From: Candidatus Saccharimonadota bacterium | GTDB taxonomy: Bacteria > Patescibacteriota > Saccharimonadia > Saccharimonadales > JAGQMS01 | Length of the DNA: 64,000 bases | Direction of reading: 5' to 3' | NCBI GenBank assembly: GCA_020428535.1 | Contig: JAGQMS010000002.1 | Span: 3,210-67,209, forward strand | The notes under the pieces: model-generated | Told to the model about the DNA's origin: nothing | The model's database searches: none | Seen by the model: only the letters and a program-made list of their open reading frames with translations | In this document: in pieces, positions 53,028 through 62,347 of the stretch | How the letters are laid out: each line of letters begins with the position of its first letter | Numbering within the stretch: position 1 is the first letter of the stretch | Position numbers and translations under genes: made by a program

Positions 53028-54401
53028 ATGTTGAATAAGTCGAAGCCGATGATTATGCATATTGATTTGAACTGTTGTTTTGCAATTATCGAACAGCAGG
53101 CTAACCGGCTACTGAGGGGTAGACCGGTGGCGGTGAGCGCCTACGGAACCGACCACGGTATGGTACTGGCGTCAAGCTATGAAGCAAAACGCCTTGGAGT
53201 GAAGCTGGGCGTCAACAATAAAGAGGCGCGTATGCTCGCCCCCAACGTAGTAATACTGACGCCAGATCCCGCAAAGTACCGAGAAGCACACCGGCGCTTT
53301 AAGGAGCTCCTGCTGGACTTCACTCCTGATGTAGCCCCCAAGAGCATCGATGAGTTTGTGCTAGATTTTGGAGGGTCGTTACTTATCAAGAAGGACCTCT
53401 CCTACGACGCGCATTGCCGGCGCATGCAGGAGATTGGGCAAGAGATAAAGCGACGGGTACGTGAGCACCTCGGAGAGTGGGTAACGGTGAATGTCGGTAT
53501 TGGACCGAACCGGTTTCTTGCAAAATATGCGGCGGGGTTTGGTAAACCGGATGGTATGACGCTTATTTGCTATAAGAATGTCAAAAAGATGTACGAGAAC
53601 ATGCAGTTGGTCGATTTGCCGGGCATTAATGTACGGTACGCGGCACGTCTCCGGGCGTGTGGCATCAATAGCCCGATAGAGTTCTTTGATGCCGACCAGC
53701 TACTACTCAAAAAGACTGTCTTCAAGAGCGTGGTGGGCTACTACTGGTGGGCGCGTTTGCGCGGGCACGAGGTCGACAACCGAACTTTTTCAACAAAGTC
53801 TATAGGGCACCAATACGCTCTACCTAAAAAAACTGATGACAAAAAAGAGCTGGCACGCCTATATATGAAGCTCTGCGAGAAGGTTGGCCGAAGGCTACGC
53901 AAAAACAATTTTTGCGCCCGAGGCATACATCTTTATATGGGCTTCGAGAGAGGTGCGATTAAGCCAGTCGACTCACCCATAGGTTTTGAAAATATGCACC
54001 TGCTGAGATCTTGGCACGAGGGGCATCGTTTGGGATATCGTCTATACACCACAAGTGAAATTTTTGAGGCGATGAAGGTTCTTTTGAGCCGAGCAGAGAT
54101 ACCTAGCAGAGTGACTATTATAGCTATCACTGTGTATGATCTCGAGCCATGGGACCCAGAACAGCTGAGCATTTTCGACTATCATGAGTCGCGAGTTGAT
54201 AGTTGTGAGTCGCGAAATAATCATAAAAAATCCGTGGCCATCACAGAATATAGATCGCAAGAGGCAAAAAAGCGACTTTCAGACGCGCTGGATAGCATCA
54301 ACAGTCGCTACGGTGAGTTTGTGATAACTCCGGGTAATATGATCGATATGCACGGCGAAATACTCGACCGAATCGCCTTCGGTTCGACCACTTTAGACTA
54401 A
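53028..54401 (+). CDS. dinB: Y-family DNA polymerase IV
   Basis: MIMHIDLNCCFAIIEQ, VAVSAYGT...VLASSYEAKRLGVKLG, SIDEFVLD and the little-finger region. ATG at 53028; 53043 (MIMH) is also possible. Confidence 0.85.
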   Translation: MLNKSKPMIMHIDLNCCFAIIEQQANRLLRGRPVAVSAYGTDHGMVLASSYEAKRLGVKLGVNNKEARMLAPNVVILTPDPAKYREAHRRFKELLLDFTPDVAPKSIDEFVLDFGGSLLIKKDLSYDAHCRRMQEIGQEIKRRVREHLGEWVTVNVGIGPNRFLAKYAAGFGKPDGMTLICYKNVKKMYENMQLVDLPGINVRYAARLRACGINSPIEFFDADQLLLKKTVFKSVVGYYWWARLRGHEVDNRTFSTKSIGHQYALPKKTDDKKELARLYMKLCEKVGRRLRKNNFCARGIHLYMGFERGAIKPVDSPIGFENMHLLRSWHEGHRLGYRLYTTSEIFEAMKVLLSRAEIPSRVTIIAITVYDLEPWDPEQLSIFDYHESRVDSCESRNNHKKSVAITEYRSQEAKKRLSDALDSINSRYGEFVITPGNMIDMHGEILDRIAFGSTTLD

Positions 54402-54424
54402 ACTGCATGGTAAGATAAAAGTTA

Positions 54425-55177
54425 ATGACAATAAAAAGAAAAAAACATGTTTCGACACCTGTAGTAATAATCTTAGGGGTACTGCTGCTAGGGGGTGCCA
54501 TATTTGGCTGGTACAAGATAACAAAAACTGTTAGCTATCCGAAGGCAGACATAGTAGAGGGTGACTTCCCAAAGAAGCAACAAGATCCACAAATTAGCCA
54601 AAACTATGCGCCGGAGCTAAGCCTAGAACAATCAGCAAACCTGACAGTAGTAGTTAACAAAAAACACGCTCTACCAAGCACATACATTCCGGAACTGACA
54701 TATATCAGAGGCGTACAGATGCGCCCAGAAGCAGCGCTAGCAATAGGTTCATTGCTAGCAGATGCTGAAAAAGCAGGCTTTAACACAAAAATAATTAGTG
54801 GCTACAGATCCTATAAAACTCAGGAAAATGTATATAACGGTTATGTATCTAGAGACGGCCAAACTCAGGCAGATACCTACAGTGCTAGACCTGGCCACAG
54901 CGAACACCAAACTGGATTAGCTGCAGATGTTGGTAATGCAAGTGGTTACTGTGATCTAGAGATTTGTTTCGGCCAAACTGATTTTGGTGCTTGGCTTGCA
55001 GAAAACGCCGCAAATTATGGCTTCATTATCCGTTACCCTGAGGGCAAGGAAGCTATTACTGGTTATCAATACGAACCGTGGCATATTCGTTTTGTTGGCG
55101 TTGATATAGCAAAAAATATTATCACTTCAGGCAAAACCCTTGATGAGTACTTCGGCGTTAGTTCAGGCGATTATTGA
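54425..55177 (+). CDS. VanY-type D-alanyl-D-alanine carboxypeptidase (peptidase M15B)
   Basis: N-terminal TM helix, SGYRSY, SEHQTGLAADV and EPWHIRFVG zinc-site motifs. Confidence 0.85.
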   Translation: MTIKRKKHVSTPVVIILGVLLLGGAIFGWYKITKTVSYPKADIVEGDFPKKQQDPQISQNYAPELSLEQSANLTVVVNKKHALPSTYIPELTYIRGVQMRPEAALAIGSLLADAEKAGFNTKIISGYRSYKTQENVYNGYVSRDGQTQADTYSARPGHSEHQTGLAADVGNASGYCDLEICFGQTDFGAWLAENAANYGFIIRYPEGKEAITGYQYEPWHIRFVGVDIAKNIITSGKTLDEYFGVSSGDY

Positions 55178-55545
55178 TTTTTCCAAATAAACTTAACTGC
55201 AAACCAGTTATCTGTTATGCCAATCTCTTCTTCGGCTTTTAAGCCTAGTGGCTCAAATACTTCCCTGGCGTCTTCTCGACTTAAAGAACTTTTTTCATGT
55301 CTTTTAGGAAAAGAAATCCACATAATACCACCGTGGGAAAGTTTACTAAGCAAAATATCTGAAAAGTTTTTGAGTTCTTCTTTTGACTCAAAGAACGCAT
55401 GGATAAAGTCGTACTCACCACTATTGTCATCATACGGCGCTTGACGCATCCCCAAAGCTTGCCAATATTCTTGTGGCGCACGTAGGAAGTATGCTGTATG
55501 GTTAGCATTTAAACCAAGCTTTATCCTTAAATCTTCATTTTTCAT
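55171..55545 (-). CDS. DUF3052-like small protein
   Basis: 124 aa. The GGIMWISFPKR...DNWFAVKF pattern resembles DUF3052. This is motif-level evidence only. Confidence 0.4.
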   Translation of the reverse strand: MKNEDLRIKLGLNANHTAYFLRAPQEYWQALGMRQAPYDDNSGEYDFIHAFFESKEELKNFSDILLSKLSHGGIMWISFPKRHEKSSLSREDAREVFEPLGLKAEEEIGITDNWFAVKFIWKNQ

Positions 55546-55613
55546 AAATTTAATATATTAATTAAAAATGTTCCGTTAATGTAGGCTTGAATTGACTTAT
55601 TAATATATATTTC

Positions 55614-55979
55614 ATGTTTTTTAAGTATATAATTCTAAATGTGATAAACAAACATAATAAAGCAATCTTAGCTAGTGCGATTGTCTTATCTGTTATTTCG
55701 ATAGGCTTATCGGCATGGCTAATAAAAGTTTGGGTTAACAACGGAAATAGTTATGACAACACGCCGTTCTTGAGCGGCGATATGTCAGCTGTGTTTTATA
55801 TTTTGATTGCTCTTTGCATCACATCACCTATCAGAATGTGGCTATGGTACATATTTGGTGGTAACAAGGTGCTCTTTTGGATAGTTACTTCAATGGACAT
55901 AATAGTTGTACTATCTACTTTCTTACTGCCGCTAATTTTACTAGTCATACTTTCAATTGCCTTGACGACTTTAGGGTGA
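55614..55979 (+). CDS. small integral membrane protein
   Basis: 121 aa with four hydrophobic helices. Confidence 0.4.
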   Translation: MFFKYIILNVINKHNKAILASAIVLSVISIGLSAWLIKVWVNNGNSYDNTPFLSGDMSAVFYILIALCITSPIRMWLWYIFGGNKVLFWIVTSMDIIVVLSTFLLPLILLVILSIALTTLG

Positions 55980-55981
55980 AG

Positions 55982-57799
55982 CTACTTAGAGGAACGTTTT
56001 CTCTTGTTATGATCTAATTCTTTTTTGCGTAAACGCAACGATTTGGGAGTTACTTCTAATAATTCATCGTTTTCGATAAAATCTAGGCACTGTTCAAGGC
56101 TGAATATAACTGGCGGGGTTAATTGCACTGTACCATCAGATGCTTTTGATCGCATATTAGTGAGGTGTTTTTCCTTACAAACGTTAACTTCGAGATCATC
56201 GCCACGAGAATTCAAGCCGACAATTTGACCGGCATAGATTGGTTCTGTTGGCCCTACGAAAAGCTGACCACGTTCTTCAGCGTTCTGAAGTGCATACGGA
56301 GTTGAGGTTCCTGCCTCCCATGCTATTAACACACCATTTCTGATTTGCTCTAAGGCAGCACCTAGAGGTTGATAAGAATCCAAGAGCGTGTTCATTATGA
56401 TGGTTCCTTTAGTAGCAGTTAGAAGGATATTCCTTGCTCCAAGAAGTGTTCTGGTAGCCATTTTGTAAACTAGCTTAGTCACGCCCTTATTTGAATTGAA
56501 CTGATCAACCATGGTTGCTTTTCTGCGCCCAAACTCCATTTGTACTGCACCGACGTGTTCTGCAGGTACTTCGACGATTACTTCTTCGACCGGTTCCATA
56601 ACTTTCCCATCTTCAATATGCGTGACTACTTGCGGGCGACCTACCTCGAACTCAAATCCTTCGCGTCTCATTGTCTCAATTAAGACTGAAAGGTGTAGCT
56701 CACCACGACCAGAAACCAAGAAACCGATGCCTTCTTCTTCAACTTTCAAGCCTACATTTGTTTCTAATTCTTGTTTTAGTCGGTCACCAATTTGTCTAGA
56801 TGTAGTAAACTCACCTTCCTTACCTTTTAGAGGCGAGGTATTTGGGCCTAAGTAAATCTTGAGTGTTGGTGCTTCAACTTCGATTCGAGGGAGTGCTTCT
56901 GGATTATCTATCGATGCGATAGTGTCACCTATTTGAGTATCGCTTACGCCTGTTACTGAAACAATATCACCAGCAATCGCTGAATCTATTTCAAAAAAAT
57001 TTGTGCCAATAGTTCGATATATTCGATCTATTTTTGACTTGGTTTGCTTTTCTTCGCCACATAAAATCACCTGATCACCGCGTTGCAGTTTTCCTCGTTC
57101 TACTCTACCGACAGAGTATTTGCCCTGAAAGGAGTCATACCTAAGAGCCGATACAAGAAGTTGCAAAGAGCCATTTTGATCTACATTTGGCGCTTGTACA
57201 TCTTGAGTGATGGCTTCAAATATCGGCGTAAGATCTGCATCGTCGGCTGTGTTTGCTGGGACAATTTTCCAGGACTTAGCTTCCCGGCCGATTGCATAGT
57301 AAACCGGATAGTGGAGTTGATCTTCGTGAACTGCAAGTTCCAAAAACAGGTCAGCCAATTCGTTTTCTACTTCTGAGATTCGCGATGCCGGCTTGTCTAT
57401 CTTGTTAATCACTACAATCGGCTTGAGCTCGAGCTGTAGTGCTTTAGAAAGTACAAATTTTGTTTGAGGCATTGGGCCTTCCTGAGCGTCAACTACTAAA
57501 ATAACTCCGTCGGCCATACGGAGCGTTCGTTCAACTTCGCCAGAAAAATCTGCGTGCCCTGGAGTGTCTATGATATTGATTCGATAGCCTTGCCAGTCAA
57601 CTGCCGTGATCTTAGCTGTTATTGTGATTCCTCTTTCTTTTTCTTGATCACCAGAATCCATTATCAGCTCTTGATTCATTTCAGCTTGATTGTCCCTGAA
57701 AGTATTAGATTGTTTCAATAGACCATCGACAAGAGTGGTCTTTCCGTGGTCAACGTGGGCAATAATTGCAACATTTCTAATTTTTTGGACGTCGTTCAT
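55982..57799 (-). CDS. typA: translational GTPase TypA/BipA
   Basis: [27 protein letters not shown] and NKID. The 605-aa length and domain order fit BipA. Confidence 0.92.
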   Translation of the reverse strand: MNDVQKIRNVAIIAHVDHGKTTLVDGLLKQSNTFRDNQAEMNQELIMDSGDQEKERGITITAKITAVDWQGYRINIIDTPGHADFSGEVERTLRMADGVILVVDAQEGPMPQTKFVLSKALQLELKPIVVINKIDKPASRISEVENELADLFLELAVHEDQLHYPVYYAIGREAKSWKIVPANTADDADLTPIFEAITQDVQAPNVDQNGSLQLLVSALRYDSFQGKYSVGRVERGKLQRGDQVILCGEEKQTKSKIDRIYRTIGTNFFEIDSAIAGDIVSVTGVSDTQIGDTIASIDNPEALPRIEVEAPTLKIYLGPNTSPLKGKEGEFTTSRQIGDRLKQELETNVGLKVEEEGIGFLVSGRGELHLSVLIETMRREGFEFEVGRPQVVTHIEDGKVMEPVEEVIVEVPAEHVGAVQMEFGRRKATMVDQFNSNKGVTKLVYKMATRTLLGARNILLTATKGTIIMNTLLDSYQPLGAALEQIRNGVLIAWEAGTSTPYALQNAEERGQLFVGPTEPIYAGQIVGLNSRGDDLEVNVCKEKHLTNMRSKASDGTVQLTPPVIFSLEQCLDFIENDELLEVTPKSLRLRKKELDHNKRKRSSK

Positions 57800-57985
57800 A
57801 GAGTCTCCATATCTTCATATGATTTTTAGCGATTAAATTATATGCAACTCTAAAAACGAGCTGTAATTAACTTGATGTAGATGATACCACAAACCTGTCG
57901 AAAAGTCATCTGTTTTACACCTTGAAAATTAACGTAAGCTCAAAGTATAATTAACAAGTAAACAATTAGGGTGGCTAAAACACAT

Positions 57986-59194
57986 ATGAAAATACTTATG
58001 CTAGGTTGGGAATTGCCTCCTCACAATGCTGGGGGTCTTGGAGTTGCGTGCGCACACATGTGCAGAGCATTAGCTTCCCAAGGAGCAGATATTGACTTCA
58101 TTGTGCCGTACATCAATTCACACCCAGACATAGATTTCATGAGAGTTATACCTGCTATTCCAGCAGACGCACGTGAAGTTATGAAGCACTCAGGTGCTTA
58201 TGATAGTTTTTACTATCAATCAAAGACTGGCAAAAAACACGAAATTGCTGCGAATGACTATCACAGTATTTATGAAGCTTCTGTAGACAGAATTGTTACC
58301 CTCGGAGAATACGATGTAATACATGCCTACGATTGGCTGACAATACGCCCTGCCCTGCGAGCCAAACAGCTTCTGGGTATCCCGCTAATAGTGAACATCC
58401 ACGCGCTTGAATATGACCGCTCTGGTGGTGGATATGGCAATCCTTTCGTGAGAGATATCGAATATCATGGAATGATGATGGCTGATAAAGTGGTTGCTAT
58501 TTCACAGCATGTGAAAAACATCATCGTTAGGGAGTATCACGTACCTGAGAGCAAGGTTGAAGTTATACATAATAGCCATGTAATTTCTGGTCTAAACAAC
58601 CAAATTGCGGGTCCTAACACCTATCGTTATATCGAAATGATGAGAAGCGTTGGATACGGAATTGTAATGTTTTTTGGTCGTCTCACAATTCAAAAAAATT
58701 TGCCAGGGCTTCTTAGGGTGATGCAAAAAGTTGTTGAAAAACATCCAAAATCAATGCTGGTCTTAATGGGTTCGGGCGAACAGGAACTTGAACTCGTGGA
58801 ACTTGCTGCGGAGCTTGGAATAGGCGGAAATGTCATCTTTGTAGGTTTTCAGCGTGGTAAAGAGTGGCGAGATATGTTTGGGGTCAGTGATATCTGCGTG
58901 ATGCCATCCGTAAGCGAACCTTTTGGTCTAACACCTCTAGAAGCAGCTGAATTTGGTGTTCCCAATCTGATCAGTCGTCAATCTGGAGTAGCAGAGATTT
59001 TGTCATCTGCGCTTCGCTCAGATTACTGGGATGTTGATGATATGGCAAACCAGATTGTGTCTGTCCTCCAAAATAAAGAATTGGCCACTCAACTCTCAGA
59101 AGACGGAATAAGCGAGGTTTCAAAAATGAATTGGGACAACAACGCTTCTAAGTTTTTAAACCTCTACCGAAACCAGCTGGGGTATGCTGCATGA
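57986..59194 (+). CDS. archaeal-type glycogen/alpha-glucan synthase (GT5/GT4-like)
   Basis: MKILMLGWELPPHNAGGLGVA N-terminus, FFGRLTIQKN, and EPFGLTPLEAAEFGVP. ATG at 57986; the track start at 57971 is a GTG. Confidence 0.7.
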   Translation: MKILMLGWELPPHNAGGLGVACAHMCRALASQGADIDFIVPYINSHPDIDFMRVIPAIPADAREVMKHSGAYDSFYYQSKTGKKHEIAANDYHSIYEASVDRIVTLGEYDVIHAYDWLTIRPALRAKQLLGIPLIVNIHALEYDRSGGGYGNPFVRDIEYHGMMMADKVVAISQHVKNIIVREYHVPESKVEVIHNSHVISGLNNQIAGPNTYRYIEMMRSVGYGIVMFFGRLTIQKNLPGLLRVMQKVVEKHPKSMLVLMGSGEQELELVELAAELGIGGNVIFVGFQRGKEWRDMFGVSDICVMPSVSEPFGLTPLEAAEFGVPNLISRQSGVAEILSSALRSDYWDVDDMANQIVSVLQNKELATQLSEDGISEVSKMNWDNNASKFLNLYRNQLGYAA

Positions 59195-60405
59195 GCGAGT
59201 CCAGGGCTATAGTTTTATATCTCCACGTCCACCAACCTTTTAGGATTCGACACTACACTATTTTCGACGCTGGCCAAGAACATAATTACTTCGATGCACC
59301 ATCTGGCTCGAAAGAAAACAATGCTGACGTACTGAGAAAAGTAGCTGCAAAGTCATATCTACCTACCAACGAGCGACTGCTTAGAATGCTAAACCATAAC
59401 CCAAAATTCAAACTCTCAATGTCGATAACGGGGACAGTTCTCGAACAGCTTGAGGCCTATGCACCAGAAGTGCTAGAAAGTTTCAAGCACGTTGTGGCGA
59501 CTGGCAGGGTCGAAATCGTAGCTGAAACCTACCATCACTCATTGGCGTTCTTCTATTCAAGAGATGAATTTGAAGCACAAGTTAGAATGCACCGAGAAAT
59601 TGTAGAAAGAATTTTTGGTGTTACCCCCACCGCATTTCGTAATACTGAGCTTTCTTACAATAACGAGTTAGCTTCTTGGGCTGATCAAGCCGGCTACAAA
59701 GCGATAATCTGCGAAGGTTGGGACCCAGTCATGGGTTGGAGAAGCCCAAACTTTTTGTATAAACCATACGGCACTAACAACATTCGTCTTTTAACTAAAA
59801 ACTACAAACTAAGCGACGACGTTGCCTTTAGATTTAGCAACCAGCATTGGCAAGAATACCCTTTGACTACTGAAAAATTTATGAATTGGGCTAATGCATC
59901 ATGGGATCAACCACTATTAAATCTATTTATGGATTATGAAACTTTTGGAGAACATCAATGGGAAGATAGTGGCATCTTCAATTTTTTGGAACACCTACCA
60001 AAAGCCTGGCTACAAAACCAAGAACATACCTTCATGACCATCAGTGAGGCTTCAGAAAGCTTCGAACCAGTGGACGAGTTAGACATACCTAACACTATTA
60101 CGTGGGCTGACACTGAGCGAGATCTGACGGCCTGGCTTGGCAATAAGATGCAACAAGGTGCAATTAGCTCGCTTTATGCACTTGAGGCTCCAATTCTTGC
60201 ATCCAATGACCTCAAATTGATCGAGGACTGGCGAAGATTGCAAACGAGTGACCATTTCTATTATATGTGCACCAAATGGTGGAGTGACGGTGACGTACAT
60301 GCCTATTTCAGCCCTTACGAAACTCCATACGTGGCTTATATGAATTTTATGAACGCTTGGCACGACTTGAAATTCAGACTCGCTGAAAAAGGAATTGAGG
60401 TTTAG
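59191..60405 (+). CDS. glycoside hydrolase family 57 protein
   Basis: N-terminal YLHVHQPFR (GH57 HxHQP), FRNTELSY and MDYETFGEH regions. Its start overlaps the upstream stop. Confidence 0.75.
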   Translation: MSESRAIVLYLHVHQPFRIRHYTIFDAGQEHNYFDAPSGSKENNADVLRKVAAKSYLPTNERLLRMLNHNPKFKLSMSITGTVLEQLEAYAPEVLESFKHVVATGRVEIVAETYHHSLAFFYSRDEFEAQVRMHREIVERIFGVTPTAFRNTELSYNNELASWADQAGYKAIICEGWDPVMGWRSPNFLYKPYGTNNIRLLTKNYKLSDDVAFRFSNQHWQEYPLTTEKFMNWANASWDQPLLNLFMDYETFGEHQWEDSGIFNFLEHLPKAWLQNQEHTFMTISEASESFEPVDELDIPNTITWADTERDLTAWLGNKMQQGAISSLYALEAPILASNDLKLIEDWRRLQTSDHFYYMCTKWWSDGDVHAYFSPYETPYVAYMNFMNAWHDLKFRLAEKGIEV

Positions 60406-62347
60406 CCCGGTGGGTAGAAGCGCGATCTTGAGCAACGGCAGGCTTGCAGTTGGCCTAAACGAAAAAGGATTCGTACACGACTTCTATTACCCATATGTTG
60501 GAATGCACAATATGACTAGCGCAAGAAGCATCCACCATAAAATCGGACTATGGGTGGACGGTACATTCAGCTGGTTAGACGATGAACAAGTTTGGGAATC
60601 GGAAACAGTTTTGGATGAAAATTCTATGATGGCGAGAACTTTATTTGTTAGCACTAAACTTGGTATCTCACTGTCATTTAGAGATTTTGTAGACTCTGGA
60701 ATAGATTTCTTTGGTCGAGTAGCAATTCTAGAAAATCGCATCGATCAAACACGAAATTGTAGATTATTTTTTGGCCAGGTTTTCCAGCTTTCAAAGAATG
60801 GTCGGGGCGACACAGCGCTTTACGCGCCTGGCAAACATCCATATATTCTTACATATTGTGACGATATTTACTTTGTAAGTAGTCTAAGAGACCACGACGG
60901 AGCTGCTTTTGATCAATTTGCAGTTGGTAATTATGGGATTGAGGGTAAAGAAGGTGCGTACGTAGACGCAGAAGATGGTGAACTCTCCGGTAATCTTGTT
61001 GAACATGGAGGCGTTGATTCTATAATTGGTATCAATTTAACTCTGAAGCCCAAACAATCTCACCACATAGACTACTGGATAACAGCATCATGCTCTGGGT
61101 ACAACAATGCATCTAATATTCACAGAAATCTCGCAAAGAATGGACTTTATCACTACCTTAATTCGACACATAACTATTGGAAAGATTGGCTCTCGAGGAG
61201 CTCAGAATTTATCAACTCTTTAGATGTAAAGTACCAGTCAATTGCCAAAAGAAGTTTATTAACCATCAGATCGCATATAGATGCTAGAGGCGGTGTTGTA
61301 GCTAGTTTGGACAGTAGTATTTATAATTATGGCCGAGACTACTACAGCTATGTTTGGCCACGAGATTCATATTATTCTTTAATGCCCTTGCTTAGACTAG
61401 GGTATTTTGAAGAAGTTAGAAACTATCTCCATTTTGTTACTGGCCTATTTCACCGAAGAGGTTATGTGCATCATAAATACCTACCAGATGGGAATTTAGG
61501 TAGTAGCTGGCATCCGCTAATGCAAGACGGCAAAAATGAATTAAATATTCAGGAAGATGAAACTGCGTCTACAGTTATGCTGGCGATAGAGTACTTAAGA
61601 TCAGCATCGGATCTCAGTCAACATGAGATAAATTCTTTGATTGAGAAGATCATTATTCCGTCGGCTAACTTTATGTCTGAATATTTTGATGAAGAGACAG
61701 GACTTCCACATGCAAGCTATGATTTATGGGAGCAGTTATTTCTAACATCTACATACACAACATCGACGGTATACAGCGCTATAAAACAATCCATCGACTT
61801 AGTTAACGAATATGGGGTGAAGGCTGATACTAGCAACTGGGTTTCTTCAATACAAAAAATAGAGCAGAATTATTCGAAACTCTTCGATGAAAAGAATCAG
61901 TATTTTTTGAGAGGTCTCAGCAACCAGTCTAATAACTATTCACAAAATATTACTCTGGATATCTCTAGCCTTTTTGGTATAGCTATGTACGGCCCTGCAG
62001 ATAAAAATAGCACTGCAATTTTTGCAACTAAAGAAGCTGTCGATAAATTCCTACAAAACCCAGGGATCACCAAGGGTGTAGTTAGGTACCCAAATGACAC
62101 ATATATGATGACAGAGGACAAAACAAATCCATGGTATGTATGTACAATGTGGCTGGGGAGAGTGAACGCACTACTTGGTGACATCGACAAGGCTCATGAA
62201 GCCCTAGATTGGGCTGTTGATAAGTTAGACAAGTCTCAAATGATGAGCGAACAGTTAGACCCTTCAACTGGAGAAAACAGGGGCGTCACTCCCCTAGTTT
62301 GGTCTCACGCAGAATACCTAAGCCTACTTTTGGATCTTTATCTGTAG
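60395..62347 (+). CDS. glycoside hydrolase family 15 (glucoamylase-like) protein
   Basis: (alpha/alpha)6-type catalytic region with YVWPRDS, SYDLWEQ and WSHAEYL. The track start is TTG at 60395; GTG at 60410 with an upstream GAGG is an alternative. Confidence 0.75.
   Translation: MRFSPVGRSAILSNGRLAVGLNEKGFVHDFYYPYVGMHNMTSARSIHHKIGLWVDGTFSWLDDEQVWESETVLDENSMMARTLFVSTKLGISLSFRDFVDSGIDFFGRVAILENRIDQTRNCRLFFGQVFQLSKNGRGDTALYAPGKHPYILTYCDDIYFVSSLRDHDGAAFDQFAVGNYGIEGKEGAYVDAEDGELSGNLVEHGGVDSIIGINLTLKPKQSHHIDYWITASCSGYNNASNIHRNLAKNGLYHYLNSTHNYWKDWLSRSSEFINSLDVKYQSIAKRSLLTIRSHIDARGGVVASLDSSIYNYGRDYYSYVWPRDSYYSLMPLLRLGYFEEVRNYLHFVTGLFHRRGYVHHKYLPDGNLGSSWHPLMQDGKNELNIQEDETASTVMLAIEYLRSASDLSQHEINSLIEKIIIPSANFMSEYFDEETGLPHASYDLWEQLFLTSTYTTSTVYSAIKQSIDLVNEYGVKADTSNWVSSIQKIEQNYSKLFDEKNQYFLRGLSNQSNNYSQNITLDISSLFGIAMYGPADKNSTAIFATKEAVDKFLQNPGITKGVVRYPNDTYMMTEDKTNPWYVCTMWLGRVNALLGDIDKAHEALDWAVDKLDKSQMMSEQLDPSTGENRGVTPLVWSHAEYLSLLLDLYL

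Noticed and set aside
51856-53034. 392-aa plus-strand ORF, the longest frame between the small ORFs and dinB.
   Set aside because: The translation looks like noise, with Cys/Ser/Arg-rich runs such as SWWSWWVERTFIGYTS and no motifs. It runs antisense through a better-supported gene with its own RBS and terminator (52171-52593), and continues through palindromes and AT-rich promoter-like DNA. Long open frames are expected by chance in GC-rich DNA.
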